Part shown: in pieces, positions 11,444 through 26,400 of the stretch
Layout: the number at the start of each line of letters is the position of its first letter
How positions within the stretch are numbered: position 1 is the stretch's first letter
Source: Takakia lepidozioides
Lineage: Eukaryota; Plantae; Bryophyta
Reading direction: 5' to 3'
Assembly: GCA_030704615.1 (NCBI GenBank)
Contig: CM060731.1
Location: 30,504,001-30,568,000, forward strand
Length of the DNA stretch: 64,000 nucleotides
The notes under the pieces: model-generated
The model's input: the letters and a program-made list of their open reading frames with translations, nothing else
What the model was told of the DNA's origin: nothing
Databases searched by the model: none
Translations under genes and position numbers: made by a program

Positions 11444-14400
11444 CTACCGCTTATCAAACTTCATGAATCTTAGGGCTATTACTCCAGCCATGCAAAACAT
11501 AATATTAAATACAAAAAGGACGCCCATGCTTTTGAAACGGGCTTCATAATTCAAAGACATTTGGTCATGCATGATAGTCCAAGCCAATAAGTGACCTTCA
11601 TCTTTCACACGCACACACTGGCAATCGGGGCAGCTTGCAGGGTCAAGGGTACATGTGTTGCAGGGGGGACTCTCAGTGTCACAGTAGAAAGCGATGGCAG
11701 TCAGTGAATTGATCGTGTATTGGGTGGGGTTGAGCCAATACAGCCAGATCCATATTTGGGGTATTCTTGCCTTGGGAATCATAAAGCCTGATGTCATGTT
11801 CCTGCAAGTCCAACATCTTTGGTGTCTAGATTAGAGTGAGGTGTAGACCTCTAATGATCAGATGAAAGAGAATGACAGTTTGAGACAGGTGAAAGACACG
11901 GCCTTACTGTCAGGCAGAGATCAGAAGGAACAATTATTGGCAGTCTTGAATTAGTTGTCCCCTTGAAGCTACCATGGCGAGGCTTTTCTCAAAGGACAAA
12001 AAGGGCATTCTATATACTGCGCAAAGTCAAGTCCCTACAGACTCACACCTTGGAAGGCTACATAAGCGTCCAGTTTCAAGACGAAACACCCTTGCAAGGG
12101 CCATATCACATAGCCTATACACAGGCTACAAAAGGATATAGATTCTGTTTGTCACTTCATACGAAAGCATCTGATGGACAGAACATGCAGTCATTCCTAC
12201 TACATAATTTCCAGATGGAGGACTAACCAGAAGTTTACAATGATTGGAATGATGATTGTCGCAACCTGCAAAGAGAGAGTGACAACCAGGTCCAATTGAC
12301 AACTATCTCAAGATGGTTTGGGCTGAGCCAAGCTTCTTTCTTTTACTAGAATCCTAAAGACAGGAAAGGTAGAACTTCCAAGAGGGTATGGTGTTGTGTA
12401 CAGGTGGTGCACAGGATTTCCTTCATTTGTGCGCCTATGTGTTATCTTTCCATTATGATTCCAACTGTCCAAGTTCTATCAATTGTGTTGGTGTGACAAT
12501 TATTCTAGAGCCATTTTTACAAAACAGATTTCCTGGTCTATCTGGAGAGTGCAGCCCAGGGCTGATGGCATCACTGGCTCACCTGTGCATTGGGAGTCAA
12601 CATTGCTAAGAAGATGCCGAAGAATGTGATGCTGGATGAATACTCAAAGAAAATGAACCAAAACTGGAAAAAGTCTTTTGCTGAATCTGTGGCTATTCCA
12701 GACATGGTGAAGCATATTGAACAGAAGAGAAGCGTTGAGACGCATAAATATGGGATCTGCCAGTGCACACAGAGTCCACAACTTAATCTCATAGTGGACA
12801 AATGTAGATGAAGTTCATTGCTTTCTTGAATCTCTCTCTCATGGCCCTCTGTGAATGTTATAGAGTTTATTTTTTCTTTCTATAGACATTATAAGGTATC
12901 ATTTCATTTCTTTCACATGTAGACTTTAGGAAGTTCCATTCTTTCTTTCTTTCTGAGCTTTCCGTGGACCTTATAAAGCACCATTTCATTTCATTTCATT
13001 TCTGAGCTTTCCGCGGGTTATAAAGCACCATTTCATTTCATTTCCTGCAGTATACTATCAGATCAGAAATGAAATGGAAAGTAATGTCCTTGTCAGAGGC
13101 TTTGCATTGCTTATGAACATGAGGTAAGCTTTAAGTTTTGCGTTTATATGTACGGGTACTAAACTTTCTTCTCTTGGGGGTGCAGCCAGAAACATCTGCC
13201 ACCCACGCTCAGATCTTGCATAGTACAAGGGAAAAAGGTGACTTACCTCAGCAAGTGTCCATGAAAGGTTGTACAAGAAAACAGAATACATGTTGGAGGC
13301 CCGTTCACGGTAGTAGACCATGCGTTCTGCATTAACCTGCAAAAACGCAGACACTTAAACCTCTCTTTTTGGAATCCCAGTGGATATAACTTTCTTGCTC
13401 TCCTCTCTATCCAGAGGATATCATAAACAATAAATTCTTCTCTCTTTGTTGAAGAACAGGGGAATTACCCGAACCAAAATTTATATGCCGGAAACCTTGA
13501 TCATACAAGTCACGAAATGCCCATCCAGATAAGATCATGATTGCTCACTCCCACTTGGGCATATGGTAGTCTCATTGGAACTTCCTGTTAGCCCCAGTGG
13601 CCCCTCATCGGCCATGGGAATGCAGAGAGGACCAATACTGGAATCAGCAAACCAAAAACGATCTGGACTAAGATCCGAGAGAATCGTCACAACTATCCTA
13701 GGGTCCAAAAGTAAAGCTTCCTAGGGTCTTTCTGTCCCAAAAAAACTGGACAGCACCTGTGGGATGACATTATTTGCATTTGATACAGCCACCATCACCA
13801 CTGCTATGTAGACTAGGCCCGTTCGGGAGACCAATCCAGGAGCAGTGTCGTACTTGATCTGTAGAAAAAGGCATGATACATCAAGCGAAGGGGTTAGATG
13901 GAAAACATCACCCAAAGCAGTGGGAATTGCTGAAGTTCATGCCCTCATTTCCCAGGAAGCATACACTCATTCTTACACAAAAAACAAAACAAAAGCACAG
14001 CTGTCTAAACTTAAACACAGATAAGACTTGAGAACACGTTACATCCATGAGCCTCACAAATAGAGGTACGAGTCATTATAAAACCTGTTAAGAGAAAATT
14101 GAACATTGACAAAGTACTCCTTTTCATCAATGATCAACAGACCCATACTGAAAATTCAAGTTTCCCTTGCTCTCAGGGACATCAGAAAGGGAAGGATATA
14201 TGCCTGCCAAAAAGTACTTCCTAGGATCAATCCAAGGACAGTGACCACCGTCATTCGCCCGAAACTGCACCAAAATGCACATCCATTATCAGTAAAAGAG
14301 TGTACCCTTCTCCACTTATGAAGATAAAAACTCCCAAATAACATAATGTTCAAGGATCATGCCTGTAGATTCCAGTAAGTTTTCATGTAACTCAGAACCA

Positions 14401-17400
14401 GGAGGACAGAGCTCCGGAGTTCAAGACTAGGACCCTTGTACTTCCCAAATAAAAACATACAAGTATAAATAAGGTATTGGGCCTTTTGAAACTTGTGTTC
14501 TCAGGAGAGAAGGTTCCATCCCAATGGCCATGCAGCAGTGCAATACAGACACTCCGCACTCAAAACTAGTGGAAAAAAAAATCCTGAACATCCAGTTCTA
14601 CCTAGGCCTTATCACGAAGATCTGTGGTGGAAACAGCAGTACCTGTAGGAAATATTCCGCCAGTAGGTCCGGAATTGTCGCTTGACAACAACAACAAACA
14701 TGAGGGACCATGTGGCAGCATATCCTTGTGTCAGTGGCTCTTTTCCAATCTTTCCTTTTCCAAATTTAAAGGAGTGCAGTAGCGCCACTACATCACCAGG
14801 GTACAGGTATGCACTAAGGACATGGTTGGTAGAGCATGTCCTTATCTAGAATAAAATTTGATGATTGTTTACATTGGGACAAGGGGCTTGGCTACGAGTA
14901 ACCTGAGTCTATATGATTATGAATCATGAAAGATTGGACATCACCACAGTATGTGTGTTGGTTCACAACTTTCCATAGGTTGAGAATGCTAACAAAAATT
15001 AAAACCAAGACAGTGATCTTGAAAGAATATTTGGCAAAAAGAAAATGATAGAAAGGACATCCATGTAATGGATAATTCAGCCCTAGAACCAGTTTCAATC
15101 TTGCAAGCTTGGGAATTCATGCATCTTCCCACCTCCCCCACTGATGGACTACCTTAATGGAATTCATGTCAAATTTCATTCTGCGTTCTGATGTTCCAGT
15201 CCCGACAGAGGAGAAAGCAGGGAGATGTAGACATCAGTCTAGATCAATTGACCTCAATTTTCATGATAGATTTCGACAACAGTGGTTCGCGCAACAATAG
15301 AGAATTAAAACAAAAGTTGATGTCCTCATTGGAAAGGAGTCCCAGATGAACTTACTATTCCTCTGGGCAAGAGAACTTGTTTGATAATCCAGTGCAAAGT
15401 CACGTTGAGCAGTATGCCCAATGCCAGCTCCAATGATCTCCAGCATGTATGATGCAGGGTTTTGATGCACTGGACATTCTTGGACTCCAGGCAGAGAGTG
15501 GAAGTAGTTCTGCAGAACATGCCTGTTTCTAAGCAGAAGTCCATCTCCTCAATTTCAATGTTTAGCAATATAATTACACCATTTACCCTTTCCAATTTTT
15601 TCTTAAAAGAGCATATTGTATGAGTAACGTAAAACTGCAAAGATTTACTCTAAATTTGGCCAAGGAAGAAATGAGAGGAAATGATACCTTGTAACGTCCG
15701 TGGAAAACTCAAAGAGAACAAAAACTTGTAATGGTTACAGGGGGCCCCAGGACCCATAAGACAATTTAGAACAGCAGCAAAAACCACATCAAAAGACAAC
15801 AACAAAACATCACTCAAAAACAAAAGTGTGACAAGAGGGTAGGAAATACCGAAGAACAACAAGCTTACCAAGAGCTCTTGAGCATTTGGTCCAATTGGTC
15901 CAAAATAAGCGACTTCTCCACCATGCTTCAAGAGCAAGAGTTGATCAAAATACAGAAATAGCCGTCGGTTAGGTTGATGTATGGTGCAGATGACACTACG
16001 CCCTGAGCCAACTATGTTAACGACACCACGCATTACAATCAGTGCAGCACGACTGTCCAGCCCGCTGGTTGGCTCATCAAGAAATAGGATACTGGGATTT
16101 GCCACCTGCACAAGCACACAATTTCGAAGTTGATTCCAGCAATAATGTGCAGAGAGACAAAAGACACATAGATGGCTGCCTAGATGGTTCGCTCTCGAAA
16201 AAACGACCATCTTTTAGTGCAGTATGGTCTAGTCAAACTCCACAAGTTTCACATCAATACACCATAGTATAGGTATCGCACTGACAGTTTAATCAAGATG
16301 TTTGGAGAGACCATTTTCGTGCTAAGATAAGTATTATACAATCATCTTCAAAGTTTACATTTGCAACAGAGTGCAAGAATACAACATCATCCTTCCAAGT
16401 TCTGCACCAAACACTGCATCTATTACAGGAATATTGAACATAGATTTCTCTCTGACCAAAGGACTTAATAGTTTCACAAGGTGCTGTCCAGGGCTGCAGC
16501 TTAAGAGAAAGAATCAGAATATTTTGAAATGACATGGTACTTTTATTGAAAGAAGAAACATGACTTTACTGAGAGAAAACAGAAAAATCAGAAATAGGGG
16601 TAGTGATTAACCTTCTTTGGTATGCAGGACTGACTAAAATACTATAAGGCTACACCAAAAATCCTTAACTGAAAAAGGAAAATTAAATTGACTTTGAAGG
16701 AGGATATTCATACAAGCTCAACCCCAATTGTGAGACGCTTGGCCTCCTCCACTGAGAGTCCTGCGTCTCCAATGGAACCCACCAATTTGTTTGGTATGTC
16801 GTTTAACTCCAGCAAGTCCATGACCTGAGTTACTGAAGGTGAAGGTTGAGAAATTGAAGCTTCTCTTAGCAGCAGCTGGTTCCTCCTGACGCTATGTAAT
16901 CACTCCCAAATGAGATGAAGTGTTTTATGTTCACCTTCCATTGTATTGAGTACACACCAAGGCCCCTACATGTACTGCTATAGAATGATCAGAACTAATA
17001 GTGTAGCACTAGCAATCACAAGGGCATACAGAATTAGCACCTATGCCAAGATGAGCATTCGTCCGACTACTGGCCACATAGGAAAGCCTAAAACCGGTGG
17101 ACTCCTATGAACCAAGCCTACTTACCTCTTTGACAAACTGTTTCCGCTGAGCAGAAGCGGTGCCTCTTGGAAGGCGAAGGGCCCCACTAAACTCCAGCGA
17201 TTCTTTCACTGTGATAAAAGGTGTGTGAATGTTATTCTGCTCCACATACCTGACCCCAAAAGGCAGCCCTTGTTTGCCAATAGTAGAGCTTACCATCAGT
17301 AAAGTCAAGTTTCTCCATAGGCCAGAAAACTATCTCTAAGCCTTTTGTTCAAATACTGGCTTGCACAGACAATCATGTAAAGGTTCTATAGATGCCACAT

Positions 17401-20400
17401 GAGTTGGTGTCAAGCACTACATTTAGATACAGGTCTTGTTATGCTTGCTAAGACAACTCTACTTTAGGAACCGTGCTAGTTATTAGCCGATGATGTGATG
17501 AAGACATCCGGTGTGGCAAGAGCTGGTTTTTGGTAACCCATCCTCCTGGAAACTTACCCTGCTATGCGAGCAAATGTCTCCTGCAATTTAGGATACCCGT
17601 TGATAAGGATGTCACCACTGACTCTGCCGATGGTCTTACGGCCAGCAAGCACATCAAGAAGGGTTGTCTTCCCGGCCCCACTGCTCCCCATGAGGGCAGT
17701 CATAGTTCTAGGCTTAGCAAACCCTGAAACATTGGAAAGCAACACCCGCGGTTCTCTAAATGCAGGTATATCCACCTGACCAATGCAACAAGACCATACC
17801 TTGAACATCAGGTGACAAAATTCACAGTACTCGCTCAATAGTGAGTTTCTCTCATCTTTGGATCATTTGAACAATTCGACAGAACATTCACAAAAGAACA
17901 GGTATGCAATCATCATAATCTCAATTTGGAGTCTCCCATATGAACATTCTCTGTTTTCAAATGGTACCACAGGTTTTCTGAGCGAGTTTGTCAATAACAA
18001 CATCACCAAAGCACAAAACAGCCACTTAGAACTCAGACAGCCAAAATGCAACCAACAAAGTATATGTCCGCAACTGCTGAAAGCATTGTTTGAAATAGAC
18101 CCTCAGACCTGAGACTTGTGGACTATTAAGCAAGTAGGTTAATTAATTTTCAAGCTTGCAGCATAGAATAGAGTACACAATGCAACACATATACTTGTCC
18201 TTTCAAATTTTACAGATATATGAAAGAAAGAGAAGAACTTTATAACCTCCAAAGGAAACTCAAAGAGCTTATAGGACACAGGAAAGAAAGCAAGATAAAA
18301 ATGGGCCCCCAACAACCAGCCAATATCTTTGGAATAAGGCTAACACACAAGAGCCATTGGTACCCAACCTGATCTGACTGATGGTGAACTGCAGTTTGCT
18401 GCAACAGGTCATCTTAGAAAAGAAACATGTACAAACATGTGTCATTACAAGAACCATCACCTCGTAAGTTATGTGGTGAAATGACAAAATCATGGGTTCA
18501 AACTTTATTCTCGAAGCTCCCACAATCACAGCAGCACCATCAGGCCTCCCACTTTCCATTTTAGAAAGCAAGAAGCTGCCTTCCTTATCCTGGAATGACC
18601 CTCCAACAGGTTTTGTGTCAGGACACTTCGTTATGGCTGAGGCATTTGGCTTTGAAGAGGACTCCAGCCTTGCAGCAGGTGGCATCCTCACCTGCAGTAA
18701 AGCCACAAATCTGGTGGGATAACGAGGGTGAAAAAGGGGAAGAGAAGGGTGGGGGAGGTGGGAAAGAGGCAATAAGAAAATCCGCCGCAGTATAACAGTG
18801 TGCTGGTAAGTTAGTTCACATGACAATAAGAAAATTGGTTGCACAGAAATCTAAAAGCCCTTTATGTTATTAATTGAACCTTTTCTAGAAATTCAACCCC
18901 AATGACAACATCCCCCATAGTTGCTAATGACAACTCTATAGCATACCTCGTCATGCCTTACATTGGCAACAGTGTAGAAACAAAGACAGGTCAGAATGCA
19001 GTAGTAGCTTGAAAGGATGATGACAGGAACCCAATATCCACGAAAGAATGTGGTGGGAAGCTGGTAAAGCTCCAGATAGGCTTGCCCAACTTTCAAGTCA
19101 TCTCTCCCCAAACAATAACTGATCTCATTACTGCAGTCCTGCATGGAAACAACAGGGGATTTCTAAAGGAGCGATATGGACCACAAGGCTTTGATAACAA
19201 CAAACATCAAGCCATGCAACATTGGACTTTCTTTGCCAGATTATACTTAATCTTCATTACAAGACAAGACCAAGAAAGAACTCCAAAGTCATGCTCCTAA
19301 CTATCACATTCTTGGATTCTGAATGTCAAAGCACATGCGATCGGCTCCTGCGACTAACTTATGAACCTTGATTTCTGTCCATTAATTTGCCTCACTTACT
19401 TGATCGTATTTACCAGAGAGGAACTCGTTGCATATCAGTGCCGTGACACCCCACTGAAGAGGGCTGATGTAGTAGACCCAAATCCACCAAGGAGGCACCT
19501 TGTTTTTGGTGACAATAAATCCAGCAAATAGCAAAAAAAATATAATAGAAAGACCTGCAAGAGTTTCACCTCAAGTGATATCAGATCTCTTTCCTTGCTT
19601 TCCTTGAATCATGACTTGTGATTCCCTTCCCTTGTTACCACTCTCCCTTCAGTTCTCTGGCTCTCGTAGTTTTGGACAGAGAAACCAACCGTATGTTGTC
19701 CCCGAATGCTAGCCATCTACAAGAGCAGAAGAGAGAGGCCTCCACTTTCAAGTACTTGCCCATAGGTTGTGGGTGCTCTATGGGCGACACTGGAGCAGCA
19801 GTGCAGGAATGCACATTGTGCTTTCTAGGATGATGCCTATACCACCCATCATAATGTCCTGCAAGTGGACCATTGTTGGCTGTGTGCCAGTCTATGGCAA
19901 TATTGGGCTGAGTTTCCATACCATGATGGGTAGCAACCATACAGAAGGGTGACGTCAGGAACTTGCCCTTAAGGTCACATCACTTGCAAGGAATGGTCAA
20001 CGTGTACATCCTCTACACGCACTAGGCACAAATGCAACATGCATAACAGTCCAAGCAACGCCACCTTGTAGCAGATGAGGAGAACATTAACCTATCCTCA
20101 TGTCCAAGTAGACAGTGTTTTGTGCCGATGCCCAGAATCTAGGTATGTGGTGTTTTTAAGACAAAAAATTCCAGACACAGCCAACCATTGCAAGCACAGC
20201 AGAGCTACAATCCCAACCTGCAAGAGCACTTGCTGCCTCCTTTGTACGGCACTTGGAAGCCAAAACTCGCACCAGTGCCGCAAAAGTGATTGCCTCAATA
20301 AATACAACTAGAACATACAATACATAATGCAATCCATAGTGGGCAGAGCTGAGCCCTGTCAGAAAATATATCAGAGGTGTATATATAAGCATCTGCATGG

Positions 20401-23400
20401 TCATGAAGGAGCATGATTGGTATAGTCTACATTAGGCCATAGTTCCATACTTCTATTCAAACAAAAGTTCATAGAAGACAGGATAAAAGGGGGGGAATTG
20501 AACACATTCACAGTGCCAAGCTATACAAACACCGAGATCCTTGGCACATACACATGAGCTCCTTGTATGAGATATAAACCCTCAAACAATTGAAAGACAT
20601 AAATGTACAGTCTCCGCCTTGCGTTATTGACGACACACAGAGTATGGTTAAAAAAACTTGTTTCCATACATCTGTGACAGGATTTCAAAGTGGTATGCAA
20701 GTGCATACTAGCATGCAGTATTTCCTACACACTCAGTATCTGTACCTCTATCAATGTGAAAGGAATCTGGCTGAGGGTGCAGGCGAGCACATAGGCATTG
20801 GGCCTGAAGAACCTCGCAGCATATTGCTTCTCAAACACCTACAAGATACAATCTAAGTCATGCTGCGATGGTTGGAGAACCAACTGCAAAACATTCAACA
20901 CAAACAATTATTTTCGTACTGAGAAGGCTTAAATGAAGATCATGAATTGTCATCTTCACTCAATCTACCAGAATGAAGTAAAACAAAAGCCCAATGGCAT
21001 GCGCAAAGACTTCCCTCAGAGAAAATCTTGTAACATCTCCAACCATGACCTGGCAGGCAAACCAAACAATTGAAAAGCAGATGAAGTTCAAGAGTTTTGA
21101 GCCAGTCAAGCCAATGTAGAACCTGCCGCTCATCTAGTTGGATGGGTATTTGAGACACTGTGTTCAACGATAGGGCCATGACTGCGAGGAAAGCAAGAGA
21201 CTTGCGTAAATCCATATCAGAACGACCTGGAGTATTTGGCACTTGGTAAAATAGAGTCCCAGTGAATGCTCCTAAGATGAGAAGCTGCATGTTCAGTGAG
21301 ATAGATCAGCTGCTGATAATGAGTCAGTATATATTTGCAATTTAAAATGAGGTAGCTGAAAAACTGGCAGAGTTAGTGAGAGATTATTTTATCTACTCAC
21401 ATGATACGACATAAAGGTGAAAAGGGAATACAAAGGTGATCTCCAACAATAGCATACCAAAGCTTGGAATCCCAAGCAACCCTTAGACAGGCAGCCTAAA
21501 TGAAGCAGTCAATGTCTTCTTGAGGCGGAAGTGTCTAAGGCCATGTCAAAAGCACGAAGAATATCCAAACAAGCAAAGTTAGGCATAAAGCTTCCCTGAA
21601 CTTGTTTCAGTCTGTGACATGGGTAAGGAGCTTTAGGGGTGACCTGAAGGGCCTACTAGACTGAAATTTAAACTGAGGGTGGGGAGTCTACCTTTGAACA
21701 ATAAACAGATGCACAGAGGAAAGGGAGATTGTCAATGCCCAATGTGCGGGCGGCCTGAAGACAGTGTCCATTGTCTGATGGGGTATTCTCATCAGAGAGC
21801 GACCCTCTTCAGGAACATCAAGAGCATAGTCCCTGCACCTTTGTGCACTCAAGATCACACTTTAGGCTGAGCCTAAGGCTCTGCCCCTGTTGGAGTCCAA
21901 CTGTTGGGCTGATCACACACAGCAGATTGATGCTTGTGTGAGGGGCTTCCTAGAGGAAATCTGGAAAGCCTGGACCAGTTGTTTATATCACAGTAATTCC
22001 CACCAGTGGAGTGAGCCCCTCACAAAGTTAGTGTCTGTTCCCGTTTGTTCCGCCCACATTGGGCGCGGCGTCTATGGGCACAAGGCTACAGAAAACATGA
22101 GTACATTCTGTCTTCTTGACGTAAATTAAGGCTGAGTGAACCTCTGGTTGCAAGAAGTGGCAACTGTGACAATTGAATGTGATGGATGATTGCACCTGCA
22201 GATTACGGGCAAGGACAAAGCTTGTGTTCCGCAATGCCAAGGTGGCCTGGCGTTTGAAAACTGTCTTTGTTGAGGGCCACCAGTCTTGCACAAACTCATG
22301 CTCAAAGACATTTGAAGCTGATGCATCCTCCTGAATCATATCAACACATCCTGATTTAGCTCATCTCAGATTTTTATCAGTCATGACACATCCATGAAAG
22401 TGAAATATGTCAATTTACATCTGCTGGGTTTGTACTTGACTGAAAGATAGATACAAGTGCAATTATCCAATATGTTCTTCAATCAAAAGATTGGGGGCCT
22501 TCCCTTCAGCAATGTCTTAGCTTAATGCCATTTCCAGAGTTACATGTACCAGTAGGTAGTAGATGGATAGCAGTACTAGTTGTAGAGCCTTCTTTGCCTT
22601 TAGATTTCAAATTTCAACATGTAGAAGCAGATAAGTCACCAGACATGTATATTCACTGATATTGGACCTCTAATACCAGAATGGAAATTCGCGAAGAATC
22701 TCCATCAACTTTTAGGTGGTTGCGAAACAATATGAGTTAAGAGTGTACCAGAGAACGCTCAAGCTGCAAACGGACATTGCCTGGGGCCTCCTGAACATTT
22801 TTTACAATATCTGCAGCAATATAGGTGCTTTCTGGAAATGCCACATACTCAAGTCTACCATGGCTGTTCACAACTCCTGTTATACAGTCTCCTTCTTTCA
22901 CTTGTGTGGTCTGCTGGATATTAGCAACAGCTGCCATTCCTGTGGCTTCGACTTCAGAAACTACAATGGCACTCTTCCCACCTGGTCCACAGGCATCCCT
23001 GGTAAATAGAAATGGATTTGCTGGGATGATCTGACACCAATCCATTTAAGATACTGGCTTTTGGATGTCCTGATGTTGTAAGCTCAGGGATGCTGATCCA
23101 TTTCAGCATCCACAATTGACCATCAACCTTTGAAACAACCTGAATATGCCACCATGTAGACCATCGCAGTATTGGGCTCATCGTGCAGTTTTAACTTAGA
23201 ATACACCAGTAAGACTGCAAAGCAGTAGAAGAGTCTGCCCACAGTCTTCACCAAGCACCACTGTCGAGCTACCCAGCTGGATGGCCTATTGTATTACATC
23301 TCACATTCACGGTGATCTTAGTAACTGTCTTGTTTAAAAGTCGAGACATTTATCATACGGAACCCAGAAAAAAGAATGCCACAGCTAAGATGTATTCAAT

Positions 23401-26400
23401 TGTTGTGATTGACAGCAACCTCACCTGCCATGACTTCTTTGTCCCTTAGTTCCAGACCTAAAGGTTTTGCTGCTTCCATCCAAAGCTCATGTACATTCTG
23501 TATGGTAAACAGGGCAGGGTAATCAGAACTTGGCCATCGAAACAAATCTAACTGGTTTTTTGCTGATGGTGTAGCAGTGAGATTCGCATCCCAGGGATAT
23601 AAGCACATCCACCAAAGTTCCCCACAGTATTGCACAACTAATATTCTGTATCAAGCTTTCTCTTAATCACCGTGTTAGAAGCGTTTGTGTAACTACAAGT
23701 ACATAGTTGGTCGGGACTGGAGTTGACTGAATCATAACTCTAGTCTGACCTATGAGTTGGTGTTCAAGAGTGACAGAGTTTCAGATTTCACCACATGGAA
23801 GATACTTTCGAGTGATGGGTACCTTTGGGCTATCAACAACACGCAACACGTCCTTATGCATATCAGAACCTGAATAGGCATCAACAAACTCATTGCTTGA
23901 TAGATGTGTGCAACCAGGCTGCAAGAAACGCACGCCTTCTTCTGTGGTTACTTCTTGTAGAAAATCTGCCACATCCACATGACTTGGTTTCATATATCTG
24001 CACCCAGAGTCTGCAGCAAGCTTAGACATATTCATGACATTAGGAAGAAAGATAGAAATGAAATGGTACTCGTCCACGGAAAGAAAGGAAGGAACTTTAT
24101 AGCATCCATAGGAAGCTCAAAGAGAAGAGCTTTTCTAGGGTAATAAATGTGCAGCTGGGATAACGAAGATAAAGCATGGCCAGTTTGTGTGCTCTTTGGG
24201 ACTCATCTTGGTTTTTTAAGGAATCATGGGTGGGGTATGTGATGCTATTCTACTTTTGGTCTGTTGAGCAAATCAATCTCTCCAAATAACCAAAGAAAAA
24301 AGAAAATCCTTGGAGCTTTCATGCTATTGGATTCCTTGTGGAAGCACTAAGCACTTTCAGAGATCTACTAGGGTAAAGTGATGATTACCCAAGATCAGCA
24401 AAGTATGGTAGCAAATCTTCACGCGGTCCCTGATAGATGATGCGGCCTTCATTTAAAACAATGACCCTGTAGGAGAAGAGAAGTGGAGACTATATAAACA
24501 AATGAGACATGTACATTGTGTTTTGTTTTGCTGCTATTCTAGTCTGAATTACACTCGTGGACTCGCAGATTAACTTTATGCCCTGGGTTTGCTAGAGCCT
24601 CCATTGGTTAACCTGCTGAAGGGTTTTGTTGTAAGCACAGCAATGAATGAAGGCCGAGCAGAACATAACTAACACACTAACCCTTACTACCTAGCTTCTC
24701 AGAGAACCCCATAGCCCAAAGGGAAACACGAAAGAACAAAAGACTTTATAATGTCCATGGGAAGCTCAAAGAGCTCACGTGACAAGGGGAAAGAGAAAAC
24801 TGGACAGAAGGGAGAAAGAGGTTCAAGTTGGAAGAATGTTTCACCTATCAAAAAGATCAAAAACTTCAGGGGAAGGTTGAAGCAATGAGAAAAGGCAAGT
24901 ATATCGTCTTATCCTTGCCATTGTGCGAAATGCACAAACAATGTCATATGTAGCAGAGCTGTCAAGTCCTGTACTGATTTCATCAAGGAAATATACAAGA
25001 AATGTCCCTGCAATGACCAACAGTTCGCAGTTTAACTATAAACACTGATCATGAGACAGAAGTGAGGGCTTGTAGAAAGGAGGAGGGAGTTAAGATGGGA
25101 ACCAATGACAAGTTTCAACCAATGCAGCGAAGGGAAAATTACGGGAAGATCCTTTCAGCTCATAATGATACATGCCTGAGACCATTTCAGCAGTTGTAAC
25201 TCGATGTCGCTCGCCTCCACTGACTCCACGTGTTGTTGTATTCCCAACAATTGTGTCAGCCGGACCCCGAAGTCCAAGTAGATGTAATGTCAACTCCAAA
25301 GGTAAATTCTCTCCCCCAAGCTCGGTCTCTACCTGCAAACAACGTCTTATGAGTACATTCTACCTGCAAGAGCCTCTTTCAAGGATTTTACACAATTCTC
25401 ACTTAAAGACACAACTAAATCACCAGAGGGACTGCTCGGAAAGAGAAGAATAGCAAAGAGCATCAATTGCTAAAACTTGCTGGGAGCTAATCAAGCACAC
25501 TTGAAAATTGAAGCAGGTTCTACACACAAGAAATTTTACTTTGTATGCTAAACTGTTGAGCCAAGAATGAAAGAAACTTACAATCCCAGCCTCGTCAGTG
25601 ACTTTTATGGCTGTTTTCTTGAAATTACTAGTACAAGCATAGGCAAACTCGCAAGTTTCGCGCACAGTGAGTGTAGGCAGATGTCTATCGGTCTGCGCAA
25701 TGAAGGTTGCCACGCGCCGCACTTTAAAATCCTCAAGACCTTTTCCATTGTAAGTCACTTTTCCCCGGAGTCGGGTGGACTTGTCGACAAACAACCTTCC
25801 AGCTAATGCTTTGTGCAAGCTGCTCTTCCCTGGGAAGCCATCTTCAGGAGCTCAGGATTGCTGGACTTAGACCACTGCTGACACAGACTAAAATTGGTTA
25901 AACACCATAGACTTGTCTGCGATTTAAGCTAAGAGTGTCAAAAGACAAACATGAGGTTTGAAGCTATATGGCACACTGATGAATCAAACCTACCACTCAG
26001 GGTCAGTCCTTACCGCATCCAGGAGGACCACAGACAAGTGTTAATGTCCCAGGCATTAAATAGCCAGAGCAATTTTCGAGCACTGTGAACTTTTGTGCAG
26101 CTTTCCTCTTGGTAAAGCAGGGCAACAAGCACTTCAGAAAAACTGATCCCACAGTCTCATAACCTTGTGTTGCTCCTGCTACTTGAGCAGTGTATGTTAT
26201 GTCCTTAAACTTGATGACCTGCAGTTTCAGTTCAGTTCAGGAAGAGTTGCGGAGCATGTTGTGGTAATATTTGCCTGAGCATAGCAGCATTATTGTTGTC
26301 AGCTCCATTATGTAGAGGAAAGCTTGGAATTCTTGAGCATAACATTAGATCACAACTAACATTTCTGAGATCTACAAGAAATGAGTATTGTACTACTGCA

